Assembly (NCBI RefSeq): GCF_964204645.1
Contig: NC_134030.1
Coordinates: 5,374,778-5,438,777, forward strand
Length of the DNA: 64,000 nt
DNA from: Tubulanus polymorphus
Taxonomy: Eukaryota; Animalia; Nemertea
Reading direction: 5' to 3'
The translations under genes were made by a program, and so were the position numbers. The notes under the pieces are model-generated. The model had not been told where the DNA came from. It was given only the letters and a program-made list of their open reading frames with translations, and ran no database searches. This document shows, piece after piece, positions 52,602 through 64,000 of the stretch (positions within the stretch are counted from its first letter, which is position 1; each line of letters starts with the position of its first letter).

Positions 52602-53358
52602 GTTACTTGATTATAGTCTACCTGTTCTTGATTATACATATTTCCTAATTTCTGTTGTAACTTAAGTATTCCTGAAGAAATAAACTATAGCTCAAGGAAA
52701 TGAGCTTACGGGCTCGTTTTTCGTTTCTGTATTGAGAGATTTTACCGTATCAACATAGATTATATAAGTAAAACACGAGCGTTGCACATAACATAGCGAG
52801 GCAGAATAGAAAATAATCAGGTGAACAGTTCCTTTATTTTACGGACGAAAATACATTAATAGTCCACCTTTCAAAGCTTCTGAATTCGAGAATCTGAAAC
52901 CTCTACGACTTTCAAATGAACTTGAACGTTATCTGTGAAATTAATTGCGTCAGAATCGATACAATTAAGTGGCGTTAATGGTTTCTGCGGTTTTTATTTG
53001 TGAAAGGACCGATCAGTCTTCGTTTTCCAGCCGACTGGAACCTGCCCCATTGTTCTAACCGTTCATTGGAATCGGCTATTTATACATTCTCAAAAAATCG
53101 GAAAAAGTGATCGATCACGATATTTCCGATATACCGAAAAAAAAGAAAAGTCAGATTGCGTGCGCGTGTTGTGTTCGCTTCTATCGAGTATTTGTAGATT
53201 GTGTAACACGAAAGAAACCATTGTCCTTCGTCTAATGATACTCCAGATATGGATTTGTACCGATGGCGTGAACGACGTGATTTAAACCCGAGACAATTCT
53301 GAACCAAAAGTATGAAATAAAAAGGCAGATTGTGTGTAAATGCGTTCGTACCATCTAA

Positions 53359-53556
53359 ATGTGAGTAGTTACTTACGTAAAAGAGGTTACGTATATACAT
53401 ACGTTTACGAACCATTCTATAGACTTACAATAATGACTGTGCCGAAAGTGGACAAAAAGGCAAAGTGTAAATGTGATCGTAACATGTGAGTAGTTACGTA
53501 TACGTTTATGACCAATTCTACAAGACGTTCATAACGACTGCGCTGAAAATGGACAA
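53359..53556. repeat. Diverged tandem duplication, two copies 125 bp apart
   Basis: ATGTGAGTAGTTAC...TACGTTTA...TGGACAA starts at 53359 and again at 53484. Confidence 0.75.
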
Positions 53557-56500
53557 TCATCAATCCGAAAAGAACCTCGATTATAGAGACTGAGTTAATA
53601 TAAGGTGCTATAGATTATCCGAAGACGTGTATATTGTGGCAGGCAATATTACGTGATTCGTGATATTTCATTCAATATGGCCAACGGGCAGTACTCCTGT
53701 AGGGTGAATACAACATTAACCGTCCTTGAGGCAGCTGAATTCATTTGTACGAACTGTTCGATACGTTGTTTTGGGGAAAATGGATAAAATATGCAAATTC
53801 GAACGTGGTAATGAGGCGATGGTGTTTCATGACACCCCGAGGGAGACCCTTTAAATTCCGCTCACGCAGCTGGTTGCCTATTTGCCGTTTGATATTACGA
53901 TATGGCGACTAGATTTCTATCGTTTAAGCGCTACGCCATCATCTCCAGAGCGGAGACTTTACGTTGGCGTTTGTATTTATGGCCCGATCGACCTCCGGCG
54001 CGCCCCCGATCAAGGAGAAAGAAGCACCGATTCGAACGAACGCCTGGCGTTTACGCGGCGGATGTAACGTCGTGAGAAAAGCAAACATTTTAATCGCCAT
54101 CTTGTCGCGGAAACGCTCTTAATGAAAATTAATTGAAGGTATCGGCGTTTGAACGATGTTGATATAAGGTTATAGGTGGACTCGTGGGTGACAATGACAT
54201 TTTGATTTCTTAAAAAAACGAAAAACGTTTTTTCCAGTCGATGTAAATATCTACCCATCCAGATGTGGGTCGGGGCCTCATGATACAAAGAGATAACGCG
54301 TCTAAATGGGAAATAAAACCCCCTTACATGAGACGCTTGATGCGACGTTGACTCATTAGTTTGTTTCAAACTTCACGATAGGACCGCATAGCCAAGAGTC
54401 GTCCCAAAGAGGTACTTACATTCATTGACCGTTCAAAATTAATTTCCAGACCTTCTCCTCCAAGAGGAAAGCTACTGGAGGTCTTTGCGCTTGCTACATC
54501 GCCCCCAGTCATCACTTAAGAGGGATCGGCGAGAGGGACCGGATCACTCCGACCCAGTGGAGCTGCGCACAGTCCCAGGAGCCGGTCTCCGAATCATCTG
54601 CTCTCGAAAGCTCACTTACTTAGTGCTTAGTTCGCTAATTATAGACCAGACGAACTACTGAAATTGGTCGTAAATCTCGCACCTTCTAAATTATCCTCGT
54701 GTCATCGCACATTCTCGCATTCTCTCGCGCGCCCACCGGTTAATTTTACTTAAAACATTTTCCGGCCGTTCGACGACCGTTTCTTTTTTCTTCCCCCATC
54801 TTTGCACGTCGTATAATTATGTTATCAGTCACCGGTGTATACGTTCTACACTAACCGGAGCGCCATTTTTATCTTTTAATAATGCATAACGTGTTATTGA
54901 AATTCTGCAATAACACAATAACTTCGGGTTTTTCTATTGTTTGAGTTCAAATAAAAAACGAGCCAATTTGCGAGACAAATGGCACACCGTGGGATCGCCA
55001 ACATCCCAACGGTCATTAGTACCGGGAACATTGCGCAACATTAATGACCAAAAATTGATAATAATGACTAGTTTTTGTTGTATAATACAATCTACAGCGA
55101 GAACACCGGGCCGCATCAATCATCAATATACGATTGATTTAACCTCGTATAGCAGCGCGCGCGCCGACGGACAAGAGCCCGGATCATCGCTGATGAGGTC
55201 ATCGCTCGTATGTGGCATACCTGACGCGAGTCGGGACCGGGATTGATCGCTCATAAATCTTCACACTGAATAAAACATTAAAATATCACTCGTTGATGAT
55301 GGCTTCATACACGTCGATGTAATATCATCGTCTCTTTCATAGTTCGTCGTCGTCGTCGTCGTTAAGAACAAAGAGAATTCGTGCGCGTTTTGAAATTCTT
55401 GGCCCCAAACGAGAATAGCACTCAATTACTGTAGCGTAATTACTCGCTGGAAGGTCGTTCGGTTTCTCCCCGGCCACACTGGGTCAAAACAACCGCAATA
55501 CATCATAAACAATGTGGATGAGACTTCGAGAACTGTCTTTTAAAACCTATCGATCAGGAGACATTATATCGCACTGAATGTACCAGAATATCTAAAAGAT
55601 GTCATTATCAGATGAGAACAATGAAGAAAATTAGCCCGCCTGCGAGGTTACAGGTTACTGTTTTTGAAAATTTGAATTCAATGTGTCTGCCTTCAATTGT
55701 TTCATTTGTGGAGCCTAAAACTATGTTTTCAGAAAGTTAAACAAGATACAAATCTGTGCTGTTGGTATCAGTTCATATCACCCGTACGGGTTGGAAAGAC
55801 GGTTTTTGCGGTGAAGAAGGTGAAGCACGTAGCAACGAGATTTCGTGGAACGAACCATTGTCGATCGAATGCGGAATTTTTAGTTGGGACGATGAAGGCT
55901 TAGAGAGAGAGAAGAAATCAATCAATCATGTATGAGTTGCTAATTATTTGCCGGCTCGTAAAATGCGCCAACCCTTTGAAAAACGCTGAACGCGTCATAA
56001 CCGGGAAAGAATTACAATTGCTTTTTATACGCGACGAAGGCTCAGACATCAAAGGACGCCGACAAAATCGTTCACATAAATTACTATCGGAACACCGCGG
56101 TTCACCCTAAAATACGGATTACGGCGATATCTCCACATCAAATTCGTCCATTTGTACGCATTTTAAATACAGCAAAATAAAACGTCTATAATCTATCAGA
56201 ATCCACATCAGGATAATCGTAGCTCATTGGAAAATAGCACGATGTAAGAGACAGTTCCATTGTACATAAAACCGTTATGTTGTGTACCTTATTAGTCAAG
56301 GACTACGCTTTCGTTTGGCCCCATTATAAGCCGATAATCCCCTCGCCGAAAGACCAAACCCTTCTAAAACTCAAACACCAGCATTATCATATGTATTTAG
56401 TTTCCAGTTACATTTTCCCATCGTTACTTATCCTTCAAACTGTTTGATGTAATTCACCAATTCGAGCGGTTAGAATAAATAGGCAAAAAAGTATGATATC

Positions 56501-57847
56501 ACCCGTCAACTAGCATCTGTATTCTTCATACAATAGTTTACAATTCCCATTTTACAATTTTTAACTTTATCGAACTTAAAAAACTATATTCCGTAACCCC
56601 AATATTGATCGTAACTCTCGATTAGACATTTTCATTTATTACAACAATGAGGGGACATTATCAAAACCGAACTTTACACTTAATTTCATTGCAATTGGCA
56701 ATGGAAAAATAGACTATTTACTTACTTAAAGTACTGATTAATAGACAAATAGATTCCCATTAACGGAACGACATTCGTTTTATATTTCGATAATTCACAC
56801 CGAGAACAATTCGTCAAACTAATTAGTCTTACTAGCCTTCATATTTTAATTAAAATGACACATTTAATGGCGCGAAATATGCAATTTGTCACCGGTAAGG
56901 TGAGACCGTATTCGGGGTAATGTCCATCATGTCTCCTCTCGCGGTAAACTATACAATTATTTCTATTTTCCTTCAATAAACATATTTGCAATAATAACCG
57001 GCGCGCGCGTGCGGTGTCCAACCATTAATAATATTTCGTCTGAGTCTAATAAATTCTTTTTGTGCGTAATTTCGTTTTTCGAATGAATCGGCAACAGCGT
57101 AATGAATATCTGGGGACGTTGTCTTATTGCAAAATACGGTATTAATCATGCGATGGAAATCGTTCGCTAAATGAAATCTCAGTATGTTCCGGTTCACCAG
57201 GGGATGCATTTCAGTTTTCTGATTCCACAACGGTGATCGTATATTCTCCCTAACGTCTGATACAGAGTCCCTACATCAAAAACTTCGGTTTTGATGAAAT
57301 GATTGTTTTTTTCGGATTTCTCTCTTTTCTTTCCCCATAGATCCCCCTCAGTGGCAATTCAATGCCCTATTAGACCGATCTCCGCGCTAATAAGCGAGAA
57401 ATGATTTTGATATTTCATTTGCGATCGATTCGTTATCACTAAGTGTCTTAAAGTTCTGCGTTATCGAAGTATTTAAAGATAAATGTGTAAAGATAAAAAC
57501 AAAAATTTTCGAAAACCAAAGCGGACAATCCCACACATCCCTTTACAATCGTAAGATATGCCAATTTCAATTTCTTTGAGTCCGTGGAACTGAGATCCGG
57601 GATCCTCATTCGTGAGTTGAATTTGACGCTAGAAAATGAGGAGTCCAAGCACTAAAAGTCAGTCGGTTTATTTTTGCCCGAACAGAAAGTCACGTCATGA
57701 CCAACAACTGTAAAAATTCGTCTAGAAATCTTAGCTAGCCATAATTTACGAGTTTGATACGTCCTTTCAATTAGTTCAAACTGACCGTCAGAACCGTTGG
57801 GATTCCTCATTGTGTTCACAATAATTACTTTAGTATTTACTATAGTC

Positions 57848-57868
57848 ATATATATATATATATATATC
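57848..57868. repeat. (AT)n microsatellite
   Basis: ATATATATATATATATATAT. Confidence 0.9.
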
Positions 57869-57910
57869 TATATGAGTATTCATTTCTGATGATTAGGTTT
57901 CATAGGTTTA

Positions 57911-57924
57911 GCAGTAGATGGCAG
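57911..57924 (+). promoter_or_regulatory. CTCF-like core motif downstream of Lox5
   Basis: GCAGTAGATGGCAG, one mismatch to CCASYAGRKGGCRS. Confidence 0.45.
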
Positions 57925-59275
57925 ACAAAACCAAATACTCACATAAATTCCGGACTTTTGCGCGCTTGCAATTACAAAAACGCGTATCCTTGTAACAAAA
58001 CCGAGGATATCTGCAAAAACAAAATACGGCATATTTATCAACAAGCATCACTGCTGGAATTACGATAGAATGATATTTCAAAGTCGGGACGTCGTATAAA
58101 TCAATTAGATAAGATAATCTTGCGCAACATGGCACCTCGGTCGTGATTTACGGTCGACAATATGCAAATTTTTCATGTGAAGTTTTGACCGGGTTAAGCG
58201 TCGATAAATTTCGGATGTGGGAATAGGTCACCGACTCGACGGCAACCTGACGCGTCGAACAGATTTTAATACACCTGTAAAACTGTAGATATGATTAGAT
58301 ACCGACTACAAATCATATTCATAGCGAGGATTGTTAATCAGATGCGCGGTTTTCATTTTCTAATCATAAATACCTATAGTTAAATCCATCCCCTAAAACA
58401 CTAGCGTAAAGAAGTACAGAATTGTACAAGGAGTTAGAGTCGTTGAGTTTATTCGTGTCAACGTTTGAATCGTTATGTGAATATCTCTAAAGATAATTCT
58501 TAAAAATTTGAATATTTCATGTATAGTAATCTAAATATTCATTTAAAAATGTCGTATTCTACACACGTATAACATTCTAACATTGTTAGTTTAACCCACT
58601 GACTGCTTATATCAATTAGAATCGCTGAAATTCTTCAATTATTCTTATATTCAATATAAAAGGAGTTCGAAGGGATAGATATAGATCTTATCTTGCTATA
58701 GTAAATTTACGTGAATGAAAAATAAGATATTCATGTTTTATTTATTTTCTAATGTGTGAAATTATGTTTTGGTTTGTCTAAGAAAAAATCGGTCCGAATT
58801 TTTACTATTAGAATTGAAAATTCGACGAGAAAACAAAAATATCGTAAGAAAATCGTTTGGAAGAAATACAATGCTGGAGCTGTGTTAAAAATTTTACTAA
58901 ATATTTTATTACCAAAAATTCTTATTCTTATTCTTATTCCCTGGCACACCGGCGTTGGTCTTTATTGGACGGAAACTTAATTTATTATCTGCGGGTTGCT
59001 TAGAAATTGCTTCCATACACAAACAACCTTAGAAAATATATCAAAAATGAACAGGGTAAGAGTTATTTTTGAGACATTCGGAAGGATTGGTTGACAAGCC
59101 GGTAGCGTCGCGTAGCGTAGTTTCGCTGAACTAACGTGACGGCTTATGAACGGGTGTTGCGAGTCAGATCCGTGATCCTACCGTATATCCATTGAAATAT
59201 CAGGGTCATAATAGATACGGCCATGATTTAAGATAAAGTATAAATAATATCTTTCCGAGTATAATAGATGTATAT

Positions 59276-59483
59276 CAAATAAAAACCCACAATAGATGTG
59301 TAGAAAAAGTTTATTTTCTAACAGTTTCGAGGTTAATTCTAAACCTCATCTTTATTTTCTAACAGTTTCGAGCTTAATTCTATACCTCATCTTCAGAAGT
59401 TCCTCTGAAGATGAGGATTAGAATTAACCTCGAAACTGTCAGAAAATAAACTTTTTCTTCGATCTACAGTGGGTTTTTATTTG
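59276..59483. mobile_element. Inverted repeat resembling Penelope-like element termini, with minimal hammerhead motifs
   Basis: CAAATAAAAACCCAC... and ...GTGGGTTTTTATTTG arms are near-complementary, and the left arm has an internal duplication of about 40 bp. Each arm reads CTGAAGA-T-GAGG..(C/G)CTC-GAAAC-T-GT(C/T)-AGAAAATAAA outward from the centre. Confidence 0.7.
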
Positions 59484-62400
59484 TTAACTATACTGAGATT
59501 TATATCAGTTCACTACAGTCATAGATGTATACATTCATCAAGAAAATTACGTTCAGTAATGAACACGAATATGAACTGAATTGTAAATAAGTTCGACGTA
59601 AAACGGTTAAACCGAGGTAAAGAAAGAAAAATGTTTCTCCTAGAATTAAGAAGAAATTGTTTAAAGTACTGGCAATCATAACTACTTGTATCTCAGTCTT
59701 TATGCAAACATATATCACAATATTCAAGGTTAACCTCAGTCCGATATCCAACTGTCTCCTAGGTTCGTGGGGTATTGCATTGTTTGTCATGCGGGGACGT
59801 TAAATCATAATTTCGAAGATAAGACTGACAAAAATGTGATTAGTTTGTTATTTCGGGCGAAAGATAACGCGGCCGCTGGAGGTTAGTAAATCATCATTCG
59901 GTCGTCGAACTAGGAGTAGACTTGATGCATGCATATAACGTGGATCTATAAGGGAATTTCAGTTTGAATTCACTTTCTTTTTCGACCTTATAACTTGTGG
60001 AAATATGAAATACTGTATTTGTGCTTCTTCAAACTTTAGGCTAAGAAAATTGATACCGATTTCTCATTCCGGCCGGCCGCCTATCTACCATGTACATTAC
60101 TTTTTAAAAATCATGATGAGGCTAGTCATAACAGACCCGGCATCTATAGAAATGGACTGATTACAAATTCTATTGCAGTTTACAAAAGTTACCCGGCCAA
60201 TTGGGAGAAACGAGGTATCGTTGTATTTTATCCTTACTTAAAAAAACCTAAAACCTTCGCAAAAATGATTTATATGTATAGAAAAAAGTGTACGTGGTCG
60301 CTTACGCTAAACCCCTAAATTCAGCGCGTCTCAAATCCCGATTATTACGTCATGATCTATGCGTTTCCGGGCCACATTAAGTCGAATGCGTGATTTGCGG
60401 ATACTTTGACGTGTATTAATCTGCTTGCTTTAAGGCAACCCGAAAACCCATCGACGATTTTCCTGATTTACGGGACCCGATAAATTTATACCCGCGCGCA
60501 TAAATCAAGACCCCCTCTCTTTAATACGGCGTGAGCATCTAGGCCGTAAAATTTACACAATTTCCCGGAGACAGGAACCGCGTACAAAGTATCACTTCAT
60601 ACCGAAGCGGTATAGATTTTAAGGCAACTTTATTTATCGAGACGGCCAGCAATGATTCATTCACATTTTCGCAGAAATTCAGCCGCTGAATTTCAAAATT
60701 CACCGAGGCCTGAAAATTGTTCTTACACGCACCGAAAAGGCGAATGTAGAATGCCCTATGACCGGACTGTCTCGGAATGCGACCCAAATCAAATTTCAAG
60801 AATGATATAGGTCAGTGTTGGACCTATTTCAAAAAAAAATTGTCACAATGTTCGAAATAAAAAAAAAGATGCAAAGAGCTACTTTCAAGCGTGTGAAATA
60901 AATTCTCCTTTCAATCAGAATTCAACGAGTAAAAAATATATTTGATTGATAGCATACAGCGTAAAACTGGGCCAGTATAAAATGTTAATCAAAAATCCCA
61001 CGACGAGGTTTAGACGTCTAAAAATTCGCCGAAGTCATGATATATTTTAATTGTATTCGCTGAAGAGACTCTCCACGTATTAAAGATACTCGTAACCTGT
61101 ATTTATGAAAACGAAAAAGTCAAATACAGCGACGAATTTCATCTTTATTTATGCACATGTCAAACCGCGTACAATAAGGTATTTTTAGTTGCGCACAACC
61201 GAGTCTCAGTATTCAAAATTCTACATTCAAAATCTCCGAGGCTCAAGAGCAAGAGTAGACTATAGACTAGAGGATACATTTCGACGGTGGTGCCCGCCCA
61301 GAAAAGGCCTCTTCAAGGTGAGCCTAATATTTTGTTCAGCTTAACACAAATATCAGATTAAAAACGGCAGATTTTAACACTTCGAATTAACAAACCTGTA
61401 GCATGTTTGATAAAACTCCTATAGTGCTGGCTTTGATCGCAGATGAAAATAGGGCGATACTGCGCGAGGATCACTGCCCATACTGGCACCTCAGAACCCG
61501 TGCTAACTTATCTAACCGTATATTCTACCCGTTACAGGAGGTCTACCCGTGTTTGTAAATCGCTGTCGGATTTTTTTCAATGTCGGCAAGTCGCCTCGGT
61601 TCTTTTGATGTTGGTGGCAATTACGGCGAATTTGACAGTTTTATGGCCGACGAAAATTATGTCGTACAGGCAGGCAGCCAGGCAGGCGAAGATAAACTCG
61701 AGTATTCAAGGAGGATATCACCATCACTACACCGCAATATAGTACAAACATCTAACACTACAAAAACTTCAAACTGACATTCGAGGAATGCTTAAAAATC
61801 CGGATGAAAACACTGGTTTCACGATACGATAGTGCAATGTCATAACAGATTTATAACAACTTTCCAATGACATAGTGAATTTGTTGCTTTTAATTTTGTT
61901 TTGTTGGTTCAAACGTGGTTTTAAGGGATGCTTTAGCACGATTAGATTATCTATAAAATAGCCAGTGGCTTGTGCAAGGTTCACACTAATCTTAAGATAT
62001 CTTTATAATAAAAACGGTTAACTAATCATTTTTTCTTTCTTTGGCGATTTAAGGTATAGCATTTGTACCATTAAATGCATTTGCACCATTAAATGCAATC
62101 CATGATACTTCTGGAAGGAGCCACTTTTGACGAACAGCACAAAATGTAGGTCGCTAGTTGAAATGTGTCTCGTAATTTTTAAATCGCCTAATTCTTCTTT
62201 CGGAGATACCGAGCTACGACGAGCCTCGTCAAACGTTGTCTCGATAAATTACTTATATATTCAAATGAAGGTACGTGTGTCCACGAGGAGAGAGGTCTCA
62301 CATGTAACACATGGTGTGTGTATCGGAACGTCCGCGCACACAACAGCTGCCGTGACAGACACATCTAAAACAGCGACGGATCCTTTCAACGAATCGACGA

Positions 62401-64000
62401 AAATGAATTGGAAATCGACCGACAAGTGTCTTGGCACTAGACCATCAAACGGCGGCCACCGATGCCGACTCAAAACTTAACTGTCCGACAAACAAAAGCC
62501 ACGCAATTTGTTATATGTTTTTAAAAGCGCCATTCGCTGTTGGCAAACAAGTAACATTCGTTGAAATTTTGGCCATTAAAGACATCGGCTACGTTCTTTA
62601 AATTGAAATTACGACGAGTTTCCTTTATATTCGCTGTGTTGAGTGGGAGGCACCTATCGATGAAATATTATTATGGGCATTTTCGGCTACAAACGCGCAA
62701 TTCGAAAACAATTTGATTCTAAAGTATGACGCAAATGTTTTTGACTTGTGCTCATATTAGAGAAAAAAATAACGGGTTCGAGTTTGCGTTCGTTTTATAC
62801 GGTAGAAACTAAAGAGAAATTACTAATATTTCTGATATGGCGAGATATTTCTGGGCGTCGAAAGCTCATTCCCAACGCATAAATTATGCCAAAAATCTCG
62901 CCGCGTAAAATTCAAGGATTACTCGAGTGGGCTTAACCCATCAGAAGAGGTAGCTAGCATCGCCTTTGATGGAGCGAGTTGACTGATTTCCCTGTTGCCG
63001 TCGACTAAAGCTCCCAGCGATCGCGCTCACAAAAGCCAGCAAAAAACCTATCAATAATCCGTGACGGGAACATCTCGGTTCTGCCTTGAAATCTAACCGT
63101 GCGCGCACCAGTCTTAACGTCGATGAGAAGACAGCAGGCAGCACTCAAAGCTCGCATCAGGTGAGTGAAAAAAACATTTTCTAAAAATTACAATTCTGCA
63201 AGAAAAATCAATGACGGCGTCCCGCAATCGCTGTACCAGCGCTGGAATGCCGGCCAATCTCGAGCCGTCAAAGCGGAATTCGCCGGGGTTTTTTATGACT
63301 CAGTTAGCACTGTGTATATTTTATGAGCCGCCATTTTGTATGTTGACACCTGCCTATAAAAGCTCATCCGGAACCATAACCATTACGGAGAAAATTATGA
63401 GGGTCATAAAATCAGAGATTTTCACGCAAATGTATGAACGCACAGTTATACACATAGTATTCTAGACTCATCATTGGTCAGGGTAGCTGTCTATTGCTAA
63501 TATACTGAGCTACTAAACGCACATGTTTTCAAATCATCAAACGACATAATTATAGGTTTTATAGAGCGCTACCTAATCTTTCATGACGTTTCAATCATTC
63601 ATTCTTCTTAAATTTCGATTTTTTCTTCGTTTTCTGTTTGTAAATCAAACGTACACCGACCACATTAGCAAAAGACGAAAATGATGCGAACCATTTTTTT
63701 AATCTAAGTTTCTTCCGAATCAAGCTGCGTGATGGAAATTTCATCATTATCTCGATACAGATATTACCAACAAGTTTTTTTAAAGTATATATTCAATTCA
63801 TTACAAAAATAAATGATCGTTTCTATCTATCTGATTTTTGTTTAAATGTCAGTCGTGTTTCGTGGTATAACACGCGCTCACAGCTTATCTGTATAATCTA
63901 CGTCCCGTGGGTCTTATTAATTGCCATTAAACTGTTCACAGATATTTCGTTTCACCTCTAATTTCATCATCTCGACAGAAAAGAAAAAATCACGAAAATT

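Noticed and set aside
61580-61777. Protein-like 65-aa ORF (MSASRLGSFDVGG…)
   Set aside because: No recognisable homology or splice support. It overlaps AATTACGG and TTTTATGGCC motifs, so an enhancer is more likely.

Overview
This is AT-rich, mostly non-coding animal genomic DNA: the central part of a spiralian (lophotrochozoan) Hox cluster. It holds two intact + strand homeobox genes, each with two coding exons. The first is Antp (19686-20292 joined to 24763-25040, 294 aa); its homeobox exon is missing from the ORF track. The second is Lox5 (34852-35365 joined to 43252-43559, 273 aa). Both are transcribed in the canonical posterior-to-anterior direction, and I found no other homeobox in the window. 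A miR-10-family hairpin (27916-27992) lies between them, about 1.2 kb past the Antp poly(A) signal. Its 5p arm has an extended complementary site in the Antp 3' UTR, and its divergent 3p arm has a possible seed site in the Lox5 3' UTR, which suggests a local Hox-miRNA feedback circuit. Both genes show an inverted-CCAAT plus CACGTG promoter module and the same GAATTATG start context. Antp appears to have a long spliced leader with uORFs. The rest is regulatory DNA (Hox/Pbx, YY1/Pho and CTCF-like motifs), short palindromic MITE-like elements, tandem repeats, and a Penelope-like inverted repeat with minimal hammerhead ribozyme motifs. The other ORFs in the track look like noise. All calls were read by eye, with no searches or folding programs run.
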